A stretch of 64,000 nt of DNA, taken from positions 124,001-188,000 of the forward strand of contig CALSSD010000004.1 of assembly GCA_943788915.1 (NCBI GenBank), in the 5' to 3' direction. Shown here one piece after another: positions 60,200 to 64,000 of the stretch (its first letter is position 1; each line of letters opens with the position of its first letter). The notes under the pieces were generated by a model. The model was not told the origin of the DNA and did no database searches. It saw only the letters and a program-made list of their open reading frames with translations. The translations under genes were made by a program, and so were the position numbers. Origin of the DNA: an uncultured Acidimicrobiales bacterium. GTDB lineage: Bacteria > Actinomycetota > Acidimicrobiia > Acidimicrobiales > UBA10347.

Positions 60200-60754
60200 A
60201 TGCCACGTAGTTTGTCGTTTGTCGCCATGTTCGTGCTTCTCGGGCTCGGGAGTGTTGCCTGTTCGGGCAGCGTGGACTTCTCTTTCGGCGGGCAGACACC
60301 AGCCGGCGCTGCCGTAGAGCTGATCGAGGGTGAAGCCATGGCCCAGCGCCTGGGGGTGGCGCCGATTACGGGCGCGCTCTGCCAGGATCCGGTTGACGAC
60401 CAGGTAGGCACCACGTTCTCGTGCACCGCAGACAGTGCAGGAGAGACAATCAATTTCGAAGTCCTACTCGAAGAAGACGAACGCATCTTCGCCGGGCCAA
60501 CCAATGTCGTTGACACCGTCGCCTTATCTCGGCTCGAAACGGTTGCGGTGCAGTCACTCAATAGCGCAAACGGCTTTACGTTGCCCGTGGATGCCATGGA
60601 ATGCGGCGACGAGTCGGTCATTCTCGACAGCAATATGCAGATGACGTGTGCACTCACGGATCCGCCAACCGGCGTGGTCTTTGATGCGCTTGTGACCGTG
60701 AACGACACCGATACCGGTGACTTCAACGTGGCCATCATCGGCGAGGCTGAGTAG
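60200..60754 (+). CDS. DUF4333-like lipoprotein
   Basis: Lipobox SVAC; two repeats with paired Cys (C...VGTTFSC; C...MTC). Confidence 0.65.
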   Translation: MPRSLSFVAMFVLLGLGSVACSGSVDFSFGGQTPAGAAVELIEGEAMAQRLGVAPITGALCQDPVDDQVGTTFSCTADSAGETINFEVLLEEDERIFAGPTNVVDTVALSRLETVAVQSLNSANGFTLPVDAMECGDESVILDSNMQMTCALTDPPTGVVFDALVTVNDTDTGDFNVAIIGEAE

Positions 60755-60769
60755 TCACCGGCTGATTGC

Positions 60770-60894
60770 CTCAGCTGACGAGCGTGGCTCGAGCCAAACG
60801 AGCCAGGCCTAACGACCGGCATGCGATCGCCTCCAGTGAGGGCAGCGATCGGCACGTCGGCCGGGTTGATGGGGGGCATGTCTGAGCCACTCAT
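60770..60894 (-). pseudogene. N-terminal remnant resembling an aldo/keto reductase
   Basis: MSGSDMPPINPADVPIAALTGGDRMPVVRPGSFGS resembles the AKR L..G..MP..G.GT start; nothing AKR-like follows. Confidence 0.4.
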
Positions 60895-60914
60895 GGTGAG
60901 CGGTTAGGGATCAG

Positions 60915-61424
60915 CTAGAGAACGGTCTCGCCGTACATCTCACCCAGCTTGTCGGCGAGCAGCTCTAGCCGTTCACCGTCGGGACCGTTGAAGTAGATCG
61001 AGCTGTTGTGTTCAAAGTCGATCGGCACACCGGCGGCTTCGAGCTTGCTGCGCAGGTGCGCCTGTTTCTCAGGTGTCACCGAGATGGCCAGGTGATGCAT
61101 GCTGCCGAGAACTTCGGCGTAGGGACCTAGGTCGAGACCCGGGAAGTCGAAGAACGCAAGTGCGTTGCCGTTGCCCATGTCGAAGAAGAAGTGGGTTGAA
61201 CCCTGGTAGTCGCGGTTCTCGAACAGTTCGGTCAACGGGAACTCGAGCACGTCTTGGTAGAACTCGATCGTGCGGGGCACGCTCGACGAGAGCAGCGCCA
61301 GATGGTGCACACCGCCCGCCGACGACTCCGGTCGGTCGGGTCGCAGATACTTCTGACGGAGTTTCTCCCATTCGTCGCTGCGGTCGACGTCTTCGCCGTG
61401 TTTGGTTGTTGGTTGATCGTTCAT
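60915..61424 (-). CDS. VOC/glyoxalase family protein
   Basis: GVHHLAL, FYQDVL, HFFFD, MHHLAI, SIYFNGPDGERLEL. Confidence 0.9.
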   Translation of the reverse strand: MNDQPTTKHGEDVDRSDEWEKLRQKYLRPDRPESSAGGVHHLALLSSSVPRTIEFYQDVLEFPLTELFENRDYQGSTHFFFDMGNGNALAFFDFPGLDLGPYAEVLGSMHHLAISVTPEKQAHLRSKLEAAGVPIDFEHNSSIYFNGPDGERLELLADKLGEMYGETVL

Positions 61425-62167
61425 CGTTGGACCTCGGTGTCAGATTCCCACACGATTACTTCGGTTGCACTTTTGGCGGTGAGGGTGATGGGGCCTGCGT
61501 CGGTAAGTCGGGCCGCATCACCCTCGGCGAGGGGTCTCGCATTGTCACCAAGTTCGACCGCTCCGTGGGCGACGAACAGATGCACGAATGGGGAATCGGG
61601 GATAGTTATGGTTTCTGTTTCTTGCAGGCGAGCGACATGCATTGCCGCGCCGCTCTGGTGGATAGTGATGGTGTTGGCGTGGCCTTTGCCCGAGGCGATC
61701 GGAACCAGGCCCCCAGCTGCGAGCGCGTCGTTCATGTCACGCTGCTCGTAACCAGGCCTGATGCCGCGGGTGTCGGGCACAACCCACATTTGGATGAAGT
61801 GCACCGGTTTGGTGGTGCTGGCGTTCATCTCGCTGTGCTGGATCCCTGACCCGGCCGACATGCGCTGGGCCAGGCCGGGATACAACACGCCCTGATGTCC
61901 GGCAGAGTCTCGGTGTTCGAGCTCGCCTTCAAGCACCCATGTCACGATCTCCATGTCTCGATGGCCATGGGCGCCAAACCCGCCACCCGGCGCAACTCGA
62001 TCGTCGTTCGAAACAATGAGCAGGCCGTGGCCCGTGTTCCCGGCATCGTGATGCGAACCAAAGCTGAAGCTGTGTTCACTGTGGAGCCAGCCGATATCGG
62101 TGGTGTAGCGAGAAGAAGCTGAGCGAACATCGATGGTGGTGCTGGTGGTGCTCGTGGAGCGGGTCAT
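61421..62167 (-). CDS. Pirin family protein (YhhW-like)
   Basis: HSFSFG, NDDRV, HGHRDMEIVT, HRDS, MSAGSGIQHSE, QMW. Confidence 0.93.
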   Translation of the reverse strand: MTRSTSTTSTTIDVRSASSRYTTDIGWLHSEHSFSFGSHHDAGNTGHGLLIVSNDDRVAPGGGFGAHGHRDMEIVTWVLEGELEHRDSAGHQGVLYPGLAQRMSAGSGIQHSEMNASTTKPVHFIQMWVVPDTRGIRPGYEQRDMNDALAAGGLVPIASGKGHANTITIHQSGAAMHVARLQETETITIPDSPFVHLFVAHGAVELGDNARPLAEGDAARLTDAGPITLTAKSATEVIVWESDTEVQR

Positions 62168-62240
62168 CAGGGTGTGTCCTTCCGGTGGTAAGGGGTAGGC
62201 AGGGTTGGGGTGCCGGTGCGGTGAAGTGGTGTGTGCCGGG

Positions 62241-62786
62241 TCAGCCGGCGCTGGTCAGCTGGATTTCGAGTTCGATAACGACCTTGTCGCTGACCAACAT
62301 GCCGTCGATGCCGAGCGGTGCGTTGAACTCGATGCCGAAGTCGCCACGTGAGATCTCACCGCGGGCGCTGAAGCCAGCGCGAGTTGTGTCGTTCCCATCG
62401 ACGGCGACGCCGTTGTAGGACAGATCCAAGGTGGCGGGCTTGGTGATGCCACGGATTGTCAGGTCGCCCGACAGGGCATTGGCGGTCACGCCGGTTGACG
62501 CGAACGTCATCGTTGGATGTGTCTCGGCATTGAAGAAGTCGCCGCTTTGGAGGTGTCCGTCACGCATTTCGTTGTTGGTATCGACTGACGACAGGTCGAT
62601 TGATGCGCTCACGCTGCTGGCTGTCTGATCGGCAGCGATCGTTGCGGTGCCAGAAAAGGTGTTGAAGCGGCCCCGTACTTTGGACAGCCCCAAGTGGCGA
62701 ACCGTGAAGCCGATTTCAGAGTGTGCAGGATCGATCTTCCAGGTGCCAGTGGTAAGGGCGGTGAGTTCTGTCGTTGCGGTGGTCAT
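62241..62786 (-). CDS. yceI: YceI family protein
   Basis: WKIDPAHSEIGFTVRH, VRGRF, RDGHL.S.DFF, GDLTIRG. Confidence 0.93.
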   Translation of the reverse strand: MTTATTELTALTTGTWKIDPAHSEIGFTVRHLGLSKVRGRFNTFSGTATIAADQTASSVSASIDLSSVDTNNEMRDGHLQSGDFFNAETHPTMTFASTGVTANALSGDLTIRGITKPATLDLSYNGVAVDGNDTTRAGFSARGEISRGDFGIEFNAPLGIDGMLVSDKVVIELEIQLTSAG

Positions 62787-62813
62787 AAGAGTTTCTCCTC
62801 GAAGTTCGGTGGA

Positions 62814-62866
62814 TACTTAAATATTGAAGTACCTTGTAGCCCACATAGTACTTAAAAGTTGAACTA
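62814..62866. promoter_or_regulatory. Two palindromic operators, likely for the adjacent MarR
   Basis: TACTTAAATATTGAAGTA (62814-62831) and TACTTAAAAGTTGAACTA (62849-62866) in the divergent AT-rich spacer. Confidence 0.7.
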
Positions 62867-62894
62867 TGTCAACCCGGGACCTAGACTTCTCGGT

Positions 62895-63365
62895 GTGAAG
62901 GACGACACACCCTGGCTCGACGAACAAGAGAACCGCATCTGGCGAGCGTTCCTTCAGGTAAGCGGGCGTATCAATGCACAACTGAGCGAGTCACTCAAAA
63001 CCACGACCGGACTCACAATGGACGACTACGAGGTGCTCGTCCATCTGTCCGAGTCTGAATCCCACCGACTGCGCATGACCGAGTTGTCACACCGGCTCCT
63101 GCATTCGCAGAGCCGCCTGACCCAACGCATCGACCGCCTGTCCAAGCGCGGATATGTCTGCCGCGAGAAGTGCCCCGACGATGGCCGGGGCACCTTCGCA
63201 GTGCTCACCCCGGCAGGTATGCAGGTGATCAAGGATGCAGCGCCGCATCATGTGAAGGACGTTCGCGCTGCACTCATCGACCTCATCGAACCCAAGGAAC
63301 GGCCACTGGTAGCCGACGTACTCGAACGGCTGGCCACTCAGGCCCGAGACCGCGACCTGGGCTAA
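62895..63365 (+). CDS. MarR family transcriptional regulator
   Basis: WLDEQE..WRAF, YEVLVHLSE, LRMTEL, SRLT, DGRG..AVLT..G. Confidence 0.93.
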   Translation: MKDDTPWLDEQENRIWRAFLQVSGRINAQLSESLKTTTGLTMDDYEVLVHLSESESHRLRMTELSHRLLHSQSRLTQRIDRLSKRGYVCREKCPDDGRGTFAVLTPAGMQVIKDAAPHHVKDVRAALIDLIEPKERPLVADVLERLATQARDRDLG

Positions 63366-63425
63366 ACCTGTGCTGGGACCTGGGCTAAACCCGCGGTTTT
63401 CGTTGGGCGAACCTACGATGCGGCG

Positions 63426-64000
63426 GTGACTGATCTGAGTTCCATCCATGCAGCGTTTGCTGCCGACCTTGCGCAGCTCCAGCGTGCCGTGGCGATGGTG
63501 GCAAGTGAGCCGCTTGCTCCCGGGGTAGCGCTGCCGACCGATCTTCCCGAGATAGGGCTCGGTGCAGGAGAGGCGATCGATGCACTCGCCGGTCCAGTGT
63601 TAGGCCAGGCCCGGATGCTGGGTGCGCCTGGTTTCTTTGCCCATATGGATCCACCGACACCATGGATCACGTGGGTGATGCATCTGTGGACAGCCAGCCG
63701 AAATCAGAATCTGCTGCATCCCGATACCGCTCCCACCGCACGCGATATGGAGACCCGCGTCATCGACTGGTTGGCGCCATCGTTCGGCATGAGCGGCGGG
63801 CACCTCACACCTGGTTCAACGGTCGCGAATCTCACCGCGATCTGGGCGGCGCGCGAAGCTGGTGCTCACACGGTTGTTTCGACCGGCAACGCGCATATAA
63901 GCGTGGCCAAGGCAGCGCACCTGCTGGGCATGTTTCATCGTCCGATCCGGAACTGGGACACGTCCATGAGCTTCGACGGTTGTGTTGCCGTGATCACCGC
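63426..64000 (+). CDS. PLP-dependent group II decarboxylase family protein; runs off the window
   Basis: FFAHMDPP, NQNLLH, E..VIDWL, PGSTVANLTAIWAAR, AHISVAKAA. Confidence 0.85.
   Translation, partial: MTDLSSIHAAFAADLAQLQRAVAMVASEPLAPGVALPTDLPEIGLGAGEAIDALAGPVLGQARMLGAPGFFAHMDPPTPWITWVMHLWTASRNQNLLHPDTAPTARDMETRVIDWLAPSFGMSGGHLTPGSTVANLTAIWAAREAGAHTVVSTGNAHISVAKAAHLLGMFHRPIRNWDTSMSFDGCVAVIT

Overview
GC-rich chromosomal segment that looks actinobacterial. Acidimicrobiia is a guess from gene content (several LLM/F420-type oxidoreductases, a deazaflavin nitroreductase, DUF2505/DUF4333/DUF2510 proteins) and from pervasive leaderless TANNNT promoters. It is mostly a dense mosaic of single metabolic genes: SDRs, Gfo/Idh/MocA oxidoreductases, thioesterases, a heterodimeric ABC exporter, SulP, malonyl-CoA decarboxylase, aroK/aroQ, a TPP-riboswitch-controlled thiBPQ, a molybdopterin oxidoreductase and a MarR-yceI-pirin-VOC cluster. 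I see no rRNA, tRNA, CRISPR array, prophage or recognisable defence system. The most interesting items are: (1) a two-gene eukaryote-type glucuronokinase plus nucleotidyltransferase module whose kinase apparently starts at ATC; (2) a stand-alone Xis/BldC-like HTH gene behind helically phased TGGGAA repeats; (3) two complementary half-copies of an IS5-type element, one interrupting an AlkC-like repair gene at CTAG; (4) a structured RNA-like element upstream of sulP; (5) several families of intergenic palindromes; (6) many frameshifts and gene remnants, from erosion and/or read errors. All product calls come from motif recognition by eye, not from database searches.
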